From positions 53,446,001-53,510,000 of the forward strand of contig NC_045707.1 in NCBI RefSeq assembly GCF_009834535.1: a stretch of 64,000 nucleotides of DNA, given 5' to 3'. Below, in pieces: positions 1 to 13,624 of the stretch. The position numbers and the translations under genes are program-made. Origin of the DNA: Camelus ferus. Taxonomy: Eukaryota. The stretch's first letter is position 1; every line of letters starts with the position of its first letter. The notes beneath the pieces are model-generated. The model was not told the origin of the DNA. It saw nothing but the letters and a program-made list of their open reading frames with translations, and searched no databases.

Positions 1-827
1 AGGCCTTTGCCTCCTGTACCAAGCTGCTTCTTCCAGAAAGCCCACAGAAATCGTGTTCTGAAATCTAAAGCAGGACACACACATGTGCTGAAAAGGCTGA
101 CACACAGAGAGAGGCTGGCACATGAAGAGAGTGCAGTGTTTCCCTCTAAAACAAACCTTAGGCAACCAGGAAACTACCTCCTATAATGAAAACATGTATT
201 TCAGAAAGGAAAAAGAACAAAAAGTCATTGCTTTACCCCAGTCTATTTTCTCTTCTCATAGTTTAAATTTCAAATAGAATCTATAATCAATCTTTATAAT
301 ACCATGGTAGAAATGAAGAAATAGAAAATATAAACATAAGATAAAATATAAATTAAAATTTCACTGTCAAACCTTTCCTGCAATGCTTAATAATGTACCT
401 GGCTAATTTGGTTAGAATTACACCAAAAAATCCATGCACCATGGATTTGGCCATTATATATTTGCCATGAATGCCTTGTTTTTTTAAAAATTTTCTCCTC
501 ACCAAGACAAATCCTACCTGAAAATTAGTACAAATCATTTAATATTCACTGAATTCTCATATCAGGAAATAATTAAAACTACTTTTGCTGAAATACACAC
601 TTTTAATAATGTGATTCAAATTATTATAAAGGAATTAGGTAACTGAATAGAAAAATGTCAATTTGATAACAAGAACAAAATACTGCTAAAGTACTGAAAA
701 ATTAAAAGTCTGGGAGGAAAGGCATGAGCAGAAAATCAGCAGAAAAGCAATTCATAGCACGTGGGGCAAGAAGGCAGAGGTCTTGAAATAAGAAAACTCG
801 GTTTTATTACAAGAGGAAAACACGTAC

Positions 828-1023
828 CTCTCTTCTTTGTTTATCTGGTCACCAAAGCCCACTGTATTCACGATGGTCAATTTCAGGCGAACATTACTTT
901 CCTGGAGTTCATATGTCTGAGCTTTAAGTCTAACATGTGGGTAAAAATGTGAGGACTCATGGTCTTCAAAGTTAGTATTAAACAATGTGTCAATCAACGT
1001 TGATTTTCCAATTCCAGTCTCCC
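828..1023 (-). CDS. SEPTIN10: Septin-10 coding exon 4 (P-loop GETGIGKST); gene continues beyond the left edge of the window
   Basis: 196-nt exon, (G)[64 protein letters not shown]; tttcag acceptor and gtacgt donor; phase joins exon 3. Confidence 0.95.
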
Positions 1024-1385
1024 CTGAAAGAAGTGCAGGCACATCTTCACAGGTGCACAAGATGGATGAGGAAAAACAGCACAGTAAACTCTTACAGTGG
1101 TTTCCAGGATCCCAAATATTTCAAAGGCTGGTCCACTGAGTCACCAGCAGAGCATAAAAATGAGTCATGTGTGCTAAGTCACTCAGAACTGTGAAGAAAG
1201 AGCTGAAATGTTTAAAGAACAAACGAAGCTTGAAGCAGGACAGCTAAGGAGAAAACCTGATAGGCTTTACTGAAAACAATCTGGGACCATGATCTCAAGC
1301 TGCTAGCACGGCAGCTCACTGCTCATGACAAGGTGGGGAGCACAAGGGGCAGGAAGGGATAGTCTGGAGGGAGGCTGGCACTTAC

Positions 1386-1506
1386 CCACGCAGAGGATAT
1401 TAAAGCAGAAGCCTTGCTGAATCGACCTGTTGACCAGCTGATCAGGCAAACTCTCAAAACCCACATGGCCAGACATGGTTAAAGAACGAGTATTATCTTT
1501 TTTTTG
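1386..1506 (-). CDS. SEPTIN10: Septin-10 coding exon 3
   Basis: 121-nt exon, [40 protein letters not shown](G), a SEPT6-group signature; tttcag acceptor and gtaag donor. Confidence 0.95.
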
Positions 1507-1559
1507 CTGAAAGAAAACAAAACAACAGCAACAACGAAAAAAAAAAAGGTTTACTGAAA

Positions 1560-2530
1560 CAGGGTGTCGGCATATGAGAAAGGATAAACATAATTTACCA
1601 AAGAAACTCAAGACTTTGATCATTATACCTCCCTCAAGATACAACTGATTAAGTTTATGAGAAGGGATGAAGACTATCAGAAAAGTAAAAGTATTGGCAA
1701 ACATAAGAGAATTTTTTGCTTGTTTCAATTTCTTGAAAATATAAATTGACTGTTTAAAGCAATAACCACCATGTATTACAGGATTATAATACACGGAGAA
1801 GTAGAACGTATGACAGTGAGAGCACAGAAGACGGGAGGGGTGGAGTCACCCCGCTGTAAGGGTTCCACATTACACACCAAGTGCTATGATACTGTTTGAA
1901 GGCAGTGAGGGTAAGTTAAAGCCCACATTAATTACTATTTTACAAAATAAAACACCAAAGAGTTTTAGCTAGTAAGCCAATGGTAGAGATAAAATGCATG
2001 ATAAAAATATTAAATCAAGAGAAGGCAGGAAAAGACTAAAAATGAAAGAACAAATGAGACAAACAGAAAACTAACAGCCAGTTGGTGGATTCAGACCAGC
2101 CGTGTCCATAACTAAACAGAAGGGGCCTGAGCCAGTGCTTTCCAGCAGAACCTCCTGAGATGACGGGGTGTCCAGAGCTGAGCCAGCAGCAGGTGCTACT
2201 AGCCACCTGCAGACACTGAGCACCTGGACGTGACACATGCACCTGAGGAAGGAACTTCCAAATTTTATTTAATTTTAACTAATTTAAATTTAAATAACCA
2301 CATGTGACTAGTGGCCACCATACTGGACAGGGCAGGTCTAAACTTTTCAGTTAAAAGAAGGAAACTGTCAGAACTGGACAAAAGAGCAAAACTCAACTAT
2401 ATGCTGTCAATGCAGCAACTGACAAGCTGATTATAAAATCCATGTGGAAAGGCAGAAGGTTTAGAATAGCTAAAATAACTGTACAGAAGAACAAGCTGAA
2501 GGACTTACACTCACTGCCGTAAAGCTACAA
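1560..2530 (+). mobile_element. Old LINE-1 fragments with a nested MER3/MER33-like hAT remnant (~2150-2340)
   Basis: A-rich L1-like sequence (ctgattataaaatccatgtggaaaggc...); hAT-like cacatgtgactagtggccaccatactggacag; boundaries approximate. Confidence 0.45.
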
Positions 2531-3300
2531 CCAGCAGGCGCGGCCACCCTCAGGTGTCCTCTATGCGGGTGCACGAGGCTGGGGGCTGAGGCAGAGGCTG
2601 GGCACCAAGTCCAGGAGGGGAGCCCCCGGCACAGCGACCACACTGGACAGCTGGGACAAGGACGAGCACCCCGAGCCCCTGCACCAGTGTCCTCACCGCC
2701 CAAGCCCATCACCCACTTTACGAAGGCGTTCGACCTCCTCATGCACCAGCCTGTGACCCCGGGGAGGTTTACAGAGCGCAGCACGCCAAGAGCAGGTATT
2801 GCTACTACCACCGTGAGTTGCGTCGGTGCCGGACATCACAGAGTGCAAGGAAAAGGACGTCTTGTGCATGTCTGAAGCAGAAATGCAATGGAGGCTGCAA
2901 AGCTGACCAAGAAATTGTCAGCATTATCCAGGAAAGGCTGAAGGCTGGAAGGTGAGAGCTACAGGCAGAACTGTGCCAAGGAGCTGGAGCAGTTTAGCCA
3001 GGTGGCCAAGGCCTACCAGGACCACTGTCACAACCTGGGGCCCCATCACTCTGCCAGGAAGTGCCTGGCAAACAGAAGCAGAGGACGCTGGTGGAGAGAA
3101 ACGCTGATAAAGAGGTTGCTGGTGCCTGAGGCGGATCCTTGAACCCTCTCATGTGGCTGTCACTGTTGCTAAAATAAAGAGTTATGGAATTTGTCTCTCC
3201 AATGACTTACTGGCCCCACTTTCCTTGCAAATTCAGCCATCACTTAAAAAAAAAATAACCAAAAAGCAACTATAAAAAATAAAATTTTTTAAAATAAAAA
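2531..3300 (+). pseudogene. NDUFB10: Processed pseudogene of NADH dehydrogenase 1 beta subcomplex subunit 10
   Basis: Intronless, frameshifted remnants [72 protein letters not shown]; start codon reads ACA (2640), TGA at 3127; AATAAA at 3173; A-rich tail; target-site duplication taaagcta(c/t)aa at 2520-2530 and 3301-3311. Confidence 0.92.
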
Positions 3301-3359
3301 TAAAGCTATAATTACTAAGTGTGGTATTGTGATAATCTGTTATTTGTCTATTTGCCTAC

Positions 3360-4060
3360 TTCATCAAAATTAAAACCTTATAATCATCAAGGAATATGCA
3401 AGTCAGACTGGGAGAAAACATAACATTTCTGACAAAGCACTCGTATTCAGAATACATAAAGAATGTGTAAGATTCAGTAACAAGACAACCTACTTTATTA
3501 AAAAAAAATGGGTGAAACCCTAGAATAGACACTTCACAAAGAAGATAACAAAATAAATAGGCAGTAAGCAAATGAAAGAGTGCTCAACATTATTAGTTAT
3601 CAGGGAAATGTGGACTAAAACTACACTCAGATACCACTGAACAGCCACTAGACTGGCTAAAAGTAAGAAGGCTGATAATGTCACGTGGTGGAGATGACGA
3701 AGCACATGGGAACTCCAGTGCATTTACTGGTGCAAACATGAGCCAGCCCAGCCACTCTGAAAGACAGGTGGTGGTTTCCTACGAAGGTAAAGACTGTGCA
3801 ACCAGGCACCAGAGGTAACTAACATCCATCCACACAAGGACTCACACACCAATGTTCACAGCAGCTTTACTGCAAACAGGCAAAGACTAGAAACAACCAA
3901 ATGTCCGACAACTGGTGAGCGCACAAATTAGTGTAGCCACACAGTGGAATCCTGAACCACAGACACATTCCACACATGGGTAAATTTCCTAAGCTAAGTG
4001 TATAAACAGTGACTTAGTTACTATGATTTGAGTTTCAAAAGGTACATTTTTTTCATATAT
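3360..4060 (+). mobile_element. Old LINE-1 (L1M-type) 3' fragment
   Basis: Typical L1 3' motifs (agacacttcacaaagaagata, aatgttcacagcagcttta, tagaaacaaccaaatgtcc). Confidence 0.7.
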
Positions 4061-4179
4061 TCTCATATATGAATATGAATAAAAATGTCTCAAAGGGCAG
4101 TGACAGACTATGGAGACCGGTGACCTCTGGGGAGTGGACTTGGAGATGGAGGTGAGAAAGATGTGCTTTTGACTGTATA

Positions 4180-4572
4180 TGGCAGGAGAGTCTAAGACGA
4201 TGGCCCCCAGTGTACCCACACCTTCAACCCGTTCAATCAAACACAAATCCGGGTGCTGCTGTGAAGCGTTTTGCAGATGTAATGTAAGGGACTCGCCTTT
4301 CCAGTTCCCCTGCTGATGGGTGGCAAGGACCTAAGAATGACCTCCAGGAGCCGACAGCAACCAGCCAGCGAAGAACTGAATTCTGCCAACAACCTTCTGG
4401 GAGGGGAGCCTCCGGATGGGAACTAGCAGCGAACACCTGGCGGGAGACCTGAGCGGAGGAAGAGCCAGTGGAGCGTGCCCAGCTTTCCGACCACAGGCTC
4501 TGAGTTAATAAAACAAGGGGCTTTAAGCAGCTCTCGCTGCCGTCTGTCACAGAGCAACAGAAAACCAGTGCA
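4180..4572 (+). mobile_element. MLT1 (ERVL-MaLR) solo LTR
   Basis: ttttgcagatgtaat, gaactgaattctgccaacaacc, and terminal cagagcaacagaaaaccagtgca. Confidence 0.6.
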
Positions 4573-5508
4573 CAAGCAAGTTGTGCCCCTCAAGCCCCTT
4601 TCAGTGAGGTAAGCGTGCCATCTTTGTGATTTAAAAAGAAGAGGCTTTTCAAAAATGTGGGAGTAGCCACTATAATTTAATGAAGAAGAGGGGCTGGAGA
4701 AAATGAGGACTAAGCAGTGAGCACTCCGCGCTAGTCACTGAGAGGTTACAGTAGTGTCAGCAAAGCAACATGTCAGAAGGCAGATTAAGTCTGTGATTCA
4801 AAAAGAGATCCAAAAAGATTTCAAAGTCTGTGAGGTCAAACAAAGATGGAATGAGAGAAAAAAGATAAAAAGGATAGCAGTTTGGTGGCCAGATTACCAT
4901 TTATCAAAACTGTGGGGACCTGAGCACGTGTGGAGGAGGAAAACACAGGGAGAAACTGGAACCCAGGACTGAAGGGAACCATTTAATCTGACTGATTATC
5001 CACACGTGTATCTTCAATTTGATTTTTAAAAACTGACAACTCACCTCGTTCACCAATTTAAATTTATCCCCCTTTTTAAATGTAACTTTTAATATGAATT
5101 ACCAAAACACACCCCTCCTGTACAGACACACTTGGGAGCCCTTGGAAGCACTAGGATCTGACCTTGCACTCAGGAAGGCGTCTGACAGGCCGGACAGTGG
5201 CCTCCTGCGCTGTCACTACCAGGGGCTGCCAGCACCCCGACAAGAGTCGCGCCAGTCCCCACGGACGCTGTGGCAGCAGCTGGGGTTCGAATCTGCTTAA
5301 TGTGGGGGGTGGGGGTTGAGGGGCAGAGACACTGCAGACACTCAACGATTATTCAATTCATCATTGATTTTTTAACTTGAATCAATATAAAAGTTAATTC
5401 ATATTCAAGGTAAGTACCAACAAGAGCCCGTCGGGTCTCTCCGTAGTTACCCAGAAACCAAAGAGGCATCCAGAGTACAAGGCAGACCCACTGAGAAGAT
5501 ATACTCAC

Positions 5509-5577
5509 ATTCTGTTCACTGTCAGGCAGTTGGGAGGGCATACCAGCTGTTTTTGCTGCCATATGAGACTGAAAGAG
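5509..5577 (-). CDS. SEPTIN10: Septin-10 coding exon 2
   Basis: 69-nt exon, LFQSHMAAKTAGMPSQLPDSEQN; long polypyrimidine tract + cag acceptor; gtgagt donor; resembles the human SEPT10 N-terminus (LFQSHMA). Confidence 0.92.
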
Positions 5578-8500
5578 CTGAAAAAGAAAAAAAAAATAGA
5601 AGACATAGATTTTTACTCAAAAAACACCAATATCTAAGTAATATTTTTACATCAAAAAGGAATTCCAATATTGTCATTATCACCAAGTTTTGACTTGTAA
5701 TCTACACAAATGACACGTTTAAAGCTGGTTTTCCTGTGGAAGGAGACTGGCGCCGGTCAGTAACACAGAATATCCCACACGTGATACACATTATTGCACT
5801 TACCCACACACACACACCAAAAAAAAAAGTAAAAAAATAGTAAACTCCCATTCACATCCAGGAAGACAAAGAACATTACTTTTACTTAGATTTTATGGGA
5901 TTAAAAAGGGAGAATAAGCTATTTCACTTAAAATACTCTAGAAGCCAAGAAGGCCCTCAAAATTAGGTATATTCACTACAGCGTGCCAGGGGAAACAGAA
6001 ATATTAATGTTCCAATTTCAGTATAGCTGGGACAGCAGGGATTTCAGTCTGAACAAGTCTCTCAGTTATCTAATTAAAATATAATTAGGATTCTGAAGGT
6101 TAAGTAACTCACCCTAAATCCTACCAGCCAAAGAGTTGTAGACACAGGTCTAACCTGACTGCAAAGCTGGGTTCCCTCTACGGAACCGAGCGCAGACAGA
6201 GCGCACAGTCAGTGAGTTCGCAAGGAGCAGGGAAGGCAGAGTTGTGGGGATTTCAGAGCTGCCTCAAAGGCACTGCCACCCTGCTTCAGAGCACAGCACA
6301 AGGCACTGAGGACACGCAGCATTTCCAAAAAGTGGTATCAATATGGATGTAGTCAGGAAAAATGCAAAGAGCGCCAATGAGAACACAGAGCAGAGTAAGT
6401 TCCCTTCCTCCCTTGAGCCCTGAGAACCCCCACAGCTCTCGCCCTCAGAGGCCACCAGACGCGCAGGCACCTCCTGGAGGGAACGATGCCAGTGTCAGCA
6501 CTGGTGAGCGTGCACTCCCTCTGGTTTATGCACACGGCACACGCCCACCTCTGCGGTGGGTTTCCTTCCCACTTACCTCATGGTGAAGGCTGTCCCACCG
6601 TGGAAGCTGCCTCAGTCCACCCGCAGGGCGCTCTCCTGTCCTGTCACGACGCGATACGTGGTTGCACTGTCTGCGCCGAGGCAGCCCCTGGCCTTTAACC
6701 ACAGCGAACGCGCTGCAGTGAGCAGCTCTGCCCATGCAGAGGGTGAGGGGAAACCCTGTGCTGCAGCAACACCTCAAACCGCCCCAGCACACCCCCTGGG
6801 GCTGCAAGCACAACCCCACAGACACAGGGACACCTCAGGGCTGCTTTCTACACCACCTTCCTCTGGTATCTCTGGGTAACACAAGCTTTGGAAGGTGGGC
6901 CCTGGGACTGAACAGGACGCACAGTGAGTCCAAACCCTGAGCAGCCAACCGAGCACACCGTTCCGGCATGAAACGGCTCCGGCCAGTTAGAAGAGGCCCC
7001 TGCATCAGGGCCACAGCTGAGGCCCCGCACAGGCCGCCCAGACGGAACCAACTGAGTGAGAGCAGGACCTCCACGCGGGGTCTGCCAAGGCAGGGATGGA
7101 CATCAGGTGCCACTCGTCTAACTGAACTTCACCTACCACAGAGCTTTAATGAAAATTAATCTTTAAAAAAGTACAGTAGCAAAGTAGTTTTCAGGTTTTT
7201 ATATAATGGGTAACATTGCTAGATTTTTGTAAAATGCTGCTTAGGAAGCAGTTTCATTGATAAGTAAAATTTGTTTAGAAAAAAAAATGATAGATTTGGA
7301 CTCTATCATTAAACTTTGACTAATAAAACCAAGGTTACACTTCTGTCATTTATGTACCTTCACAGCAAATATCTACTTTTGTTTATTCATTTCCTGTGTT
7401 TCTGAACACCTGCCAAAAAGCCTACTTAAAATATCCATGGATAAGCGTTTTGATCAGGAAGTACAAATGAGTCACATAAAAGTATTATAGTTGTTTTTAA
7501 TATTGTCCACTGGTATTACCTGACTAGGCAAATTTCTAAAACGGGTTCTAGAATGAAAACAGTTTTTAATAAATTAACATGACATTATCAAACGTAAAAT
7601 AACAAGGGGACAGGAGTTGACCCAGTCCTTCTAGCGGCAAACCCTAAATTAAAAAAAATCTGACAGTGGAATTCCAGTCTGCTCTACCACTGACTACCTA
7701 GTGCGAATACTGTGCTGGGGAATGGGTCTCAGGCGGAAAAGACACAGTCCTTGATCTTAAGAACTTAGAGAAACACAAGGTCAAAACAGGCAATCAGATC
7801 TCACTCCAGGGCACAAGGGAGACTAAGAAAATCACTGCCTACACTTGACAACAGTCAGCAGCTCTTATTGTAAATACATGCATACATCATCTGTAAACAC
7901 ATGCATACATCATCTGTAAACACACACGTATTTAAATCTACACACCTACATCCTGGAAAGAAAAGACTGATAGAATACCTTTTAACTTCTGGGAAGTCTA
8001 ACACATTTTTTTAAAGTTGTCATACATGACGAATCACAGAAAAGTGCCAGGACATTTTGGGAAAGGTCAGGTTCTCCACCTCCTTCAAAACTTCAATGTG
8101 GGTAGTATGGGCAACAGTCTGTGCTGGGGTCCCCAGGAGACAGGTGGTACGTGACCTTTCTCCTATTGGTCAATTACGGGAAAACATTCAGTGATTCTTC
8201 CACAACAGGACCCTAGATTTCCTGACAACTTTCCTGACCCTCTTGGAAACAATCCTGAATACTTGGTTTTCATTTTAACTTCACTTTACCAGTTTTTATC
8301 TTTGTAAAACTAATCCAAGAAATAGAACCAAAGTTTTCAAACTGTCCTCTAGAGTTTCTTAGAGCTCTTTAAGACAAAAAAAAAGAGAGATTGAAAAAGC
8401 AAAGAGTGGTCAAAATAGTGATCTGGGCCTATTTTATGGGTTTTAAGAGGTCAGGGTTCAAGAGGGGTTTTAAGCTCAAAAAAACCCACAAAATACCAAA

Positions 8501-11419
8501 AACCACAAAGACCTTACAGTAATGTATATGTAGCTGCTTGAAGTACAAATGCAATCGTGTTTTGAAATTACTTTCCCCTCCTTAATTAGAAAAGGCATAT
8601 TTTATTATCGGACAAAATACCATTTCTAACTGTGTCACTTTAGTAACACTGCAGTGAACATCCCTCTGCAGCAGCCAGAGGTATGCCCTGGGATGTCCCT
8701 TCAGCAAGAAGGCCCCTCTGGTCACACAGACTGCAGTCAGCAGCAGCCTCCCTGCAGAGACGGGAGCCCAGACCACTCCCTCCCCAGGCAGTCCCAGCCA
8801 AGGGCGGGGCATGGCGGCGGGGTGTTAGGGCCTGGGCCTCAGGCCCTCCCTGAGGACTCTGCTTCCTAACCTCTCTACGTCCAGGGCTGCCAGGATCTGC
8901 ATCTGGGCTGCAGCCTCTACTCTCCAGTCCTAATCCTCCCTTCTCCTTCAGGGCATGACCTCCCCTGCCCTCCTCCCACCCCAACTCAATCTCTTCAGCA
9001 TCTGCTTCGGGGAGGACCCCCACACACACCTGTACAAGCATACATCAATCATTGTGTGCATCTGATAGTTCCCTCACGATAGATCCCTAGAATGTAATCA
9101 CCCATCAGAGGTGCAAACATACTGCCAAACTGCTTACGTTTCCAAAATCATAAAAACAGTGTCCATTTCACTACATAGTCATCAACACAGGGTGTTAACA
9201 ATTTTTAAGCATCAATTTGTTAGGCAAACACTGAAATCTTAATTTGACTTCTGGTATTTTGAACATTTTTTTTCAGGTTACTGGCCTAAAAAGTATATAG
9301 TATATTTTCATACATCACCAGTTCATGTTTCCCCCACATTTACCTATCAGGGTATTTCTTTTTTGTCTGTCTTATTAACAAGACCTGTTGGAAATAACTC
9401 CATGCTTGTCATATGAAGAACAAATGTCTTTTCCTGATTTGTCACTGATCTTTTCGATTTTCAGAGTCCAATCTATTGATATTTCCTGTTATGGCTTCTT
9501 CCTTCATGTGTTACACAGAAGTTTTAAGCCTTCTAAAATTTACTTTCTAGTACTGTGTGAGTTACAGAAAGCTTGCTTTTCCTCAATGTTGTTGGCCTAC
9601 GGCACCATCAAGGGATAGCAAAGTATATTCAAACATCTGTAGTCTGTCTTATGGAGATGAATCTCCCACGGGAAAAACCAGGACCCATGATCCTACTGTG
9701 GAGGCAGACCTGACACAGGAAAGAGAGATTCCTGACGGTCTAGAGCTGTCTAACAAGAGTGGGATGCGCTGACTGGGGTCTCAAGACTGGGGCTCAGCTG
9801 TTGGTCCTGGAGGTGAAGCAGTCACACAGTAACTGTCAACAGGGCAAACTGTGGAAGCAATTTCCGCACTAAGCAGGAAGCAAAAACAACGTTCTTCTAA
9901 GAGCACCTCCAGCCCAGACAACATGACTGAATGCCCTGAGCAAGCAGTGCGGCCAAGTCTGTGACGTGACAGACAATGAAGAGTGAGTCATGGAAACTGC
10001 AAGTGCAGACAAGGCGGGCTGAGGAAGGAGACACACAGCCGCACCTCGCGGACATGGAAAGGTTCTATAAATGAAAAGTGGATGAATTCCTGTGAGAGGG
10101 AGCATGTTACATGCAGGCCAGGTGAGGGGAAAACAGAAGAACTTGTTAAAAAGACTTAAAATTGACAAGGAACATTTAGGGGAGAAAAGAATACTGAGGG
10201 ATAAGTGTAAAGCCTATCAATACACATTGCTCTTCATTTATTCCACAAATTTACTAACAGCCTGCATTTTCGGGAACTCAGGCATTGAAGCTCGAAGGTG
10301 AGTAAGTCCTGTCTTCGCAAGCTGATTTGCGCACGGGTGGGAGACATGCACACGGCTATGGACAGGACACAGCAGCGGCTCGTAGCGTAATGACCCTGCC
10401 CGGGCAGAGGCACTGCCAAGATGAGGCTTGAGGTGAGACTTGGAGGAGACGTAGGGATTCTCCTAGCAAACAAGAAAAGTAGGTAGAGGATTCAGTGTGT
10501 GCAAAAGCATGTGAGCACTCTTGGCGTGGTTGGAAGCTGCAGCCATTTCAGTATCATTTACGCCGAGGAGGCCGAGGTTTATGAGCAAGGAGGATGGCAG
10601 AGGAGAGAGGTGAGGCTGCAGAAGGCAACGGGGCAGGGCACCCCCTGTGCCTCGGCATGAGGCCAGGAGCCCTGTCAAGCATCCCAGACTTAAAGTAACT
10701 CAACAGATATCACTGCCTAACAGGAAAGAAAATTTGAGTTTAAGGCTCCTAGGCGCCCCCGGATCCCTCAAGAGGCTTCCACCTAGCTGCTCAAATCTTA
10801 GTCAAGTGTACAGTTAATCTAGGGTAATCTTTACACGGTTATTAAAAACAAATGCAGTGTTAATTCCCATTTCTTCTCAGGTGTCCACTGACTCCGTAAG
10901 ACTTGTCTCCTTTCACACTGGGAGCCATGAAAGTGCAGCCCAACTCACTGAGCAAGTCTGCTTACTTTTCAAACTGAACACAGTTAATACCATACTCCTA
11001 GTCACAGGCTGCAGTGTAGAAGTTATTGTCCCATTTTTGAAAGTCAGAAAAAGATAAATATTCAAAAGGAATGATAAAAGTTTCATATACTAAGAGTCTA
11101 TACTGAAATACTGGCCATGGGGAATATTTTTACAAAGATTAGAATCAATAATTATGAACAATGAGAGAAATTATATGATGGGATATTAATTAATAAAATG
11201 GGAAATTATATGATGGCAAAAAAAAATTGAAGACTTTATTGAACCCTGGTTACAAGTAAAAATTATGCATATGAACAAGCATATACAGTCTGATTCTGGA
11301 AGGAAGAAAATAAATATTTCCTTTTCTTCTTGATATCCATTATTATCACCTATGTGAATTTAACAAAGACTAAAGTAGAAAAAAGAACGTCTTCCTTAAG
11401 TTCTATAAAAATGCACATA

Positions 11420-13600
11420 ATCTACAGATATGTACTAAGTGCCTACTATATTCCAGGGACTGTCCAAAGCACTGGGGCTGAATAACAACAAAATTAAAAA
11501 ACAGCCACCATGGGGCTTCCATTCCAGTTGGCGGAGGCAGGCAGAAATCCAGTAGAGCAAATGCTGGGATGTGTAGTAGAGAATAATAAATGCAATAGGA
11601 AAGGAGGGTGGGGTCAGAAATGAGGAGGAAGCATGGTGAGGGGACCTTTGTGAACAGGGTGGTCAGGGAACTGTTGTGAACAGGGTGGTCAGGGAAGGTG
11701 CAGTGCAGCCAAGACCAGAAGGAGCACAGGGAGCAGAGCCGGTGAAGCGGCAGCTGGGGGAAGAGCACTCCGGGTGCAGGGATGACAACTGCAGGATCCT
11801 GAGCCAGGGATGTGCTCTCGTATTGGAGGAACAGCGAGCAGGCTAAGGAGCGGAGGGTGGGGGTGGGGGGCGCAGAGCAGGGCCAGGCCAAGCAGGATGC
11901 TTGTCTAAGTCTTGGCTCTGAAGGTTTTCAGCATAAAGGGGCACAAGTTATCTTTGTACTCAAAGGTTCGCTCCAGCTACTGTGTCGAGAGCAGACTGTA
12001 GAAAGGCTAGGTAGAGCAAGGAGACGAGCTACGAGGCTAAGACGTTAATCCAGGAGAGAGATCCCAGCAGTACTGAGCAGGCGGGAGAGGTCGGGTGTGG
12101 TCACACTCTGGACCCACCTCAAAGGCAGGGCCAAGAGAACTTGCTGAAGGCTCAGTGTGGAGTGTGGGGCAATACAGACAATGATTTGCTCTAACGTTTT
12201 CGGCTTGAGCAACAGAGAGGAGGAGCTTCCATTTACTGGAAGTGGGAAGACGGTAGGAGGAGGGGGATTAGGGAAGATAGAAGTTCTCTTTGGAACACGT
12301 TAAATTGAAGACGCCTATTGGATACTCAAGTGAAGGTCCCGAGTAGGTACTGGATAAACAAGCCGAGAGTGCAGAGGTACCCAGACTGGAGGTAACAACT
12401 CTGAAGTCATTCACATACAGCAAGTACTCAGGGACCAGACGAATTACCAAGGGGGAGATGGCACTTAGAATAGAGAAGGGAACCCAGATCTGAGCCCTGG
12501 GGGGACACCAGCATTTAAAGTCTGGGGCACTGATGAGCAACCAGTCCAAGTGACTGAGAAGGCACAGCCAAAGAGAGTAAAGGAAATCCAGAAGAGTGTG
12601 GCATCCTGGAAGGCAGGTGAAGAAAGCATTCGGGAGAGAGGGGGTGTCACTCCTCATCCTTGACCTACAGTGTGTGGCTGCTTTCAGGCAATAGTGTACA
12701 GCTGCACAGTTGTGACAGAGGCCACATGGCTCACAAAGCCAAACACGTTTACTACTTGACCCTTCAAAGAAAATGCTCGCCAACCCTTGCCCCAGAAGGA
12801 TGAGAGGCTGAATGAATGAGGAACAGGTGGTACAATTTTTTTGACAGCATCAAGGCCTCCTGAGCTTCGTGGTTGTGACATGAAGGGATGTCCCTCCACC
12901 ACACTCAGCTGTGAGGGCGCAAGAGCGGAGTCCAGGCACAGCTTGACTTAGGTGGCTGGTGTTTGCCAGGGAGAGTGATGAAGCCAGCAAGCCAGGCGGC
13001 TGAGACTGCACGCAACCAGGATGGGCTTAGAGCCGGGCGCAAAGGGACAAGAGGGCGCAGAGGGTGGGAGGGAAGGGAAAAGGCGGCGGGATCAGAGGAC
13101 TGCAGGAGCGGGAGAAGCTGAGGGAGTGAACAGGCAAGGGAGGAGGGGTGGTCAGAGCAGAAATCTGCAGATGCGATTACGAGGGGTGCCGTTACTTACC
13201 AGGACAAGGTCCAGGGATTCACTACCAGAGGAGAGGCTAAAGTGGGGCAGAGAACAAGACACTGAGATGCCCGCAGTTGCACAGATCTGACGTTAGAGAT
13301 CCACGGAGCCCCACAGCAAGAGGCATTTAAGCAACGACTCAACAGAGAGAGGTAGTGAGCATGCAGGGGACAGCTGAGTGAGATGGTCAGGTAAGAGGAG
13401 GTGAAGGATGGGGAGTGGCAGAGAGGAGTAGCCAGAGTAACTGCCACCCGGGACTGCGCTGCAGGCATCCATGAGTGACAGGAGGCTCGCGAACAGCCCC
13501 ACTGGCCCCTTCACCCTCAGTCCCACATGAGGCTCCTCCTCCAAGTCAAGGAGCAAAGTGTGGGAAATGCTCTGAGGGCAGGAGAGGGACGTGGTCCAGA
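11420..13600 (-). mobile_element. LINE-2 fragments interrupted by a MER58-like element (~12690-12795)
   Basis: Reverse L2 3' end (tactaagtgcctactatattccagg) followed by purine-rich L2 body motifs (gagaaggcacagccaaagag..ggaaatccagaagagtgtggcatcctggaagg). Confidence 0.6.
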
Positions 13601-13624
13601 GCAGTCAGGTGAGGGGAGGCGGAA

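Noticed and set aside
7876..11698. Short tandem duplications (23 bp at ~7877, 26 bp at ~11650)
   Set aside because: Ordinary intronic slippage events with no supporting context
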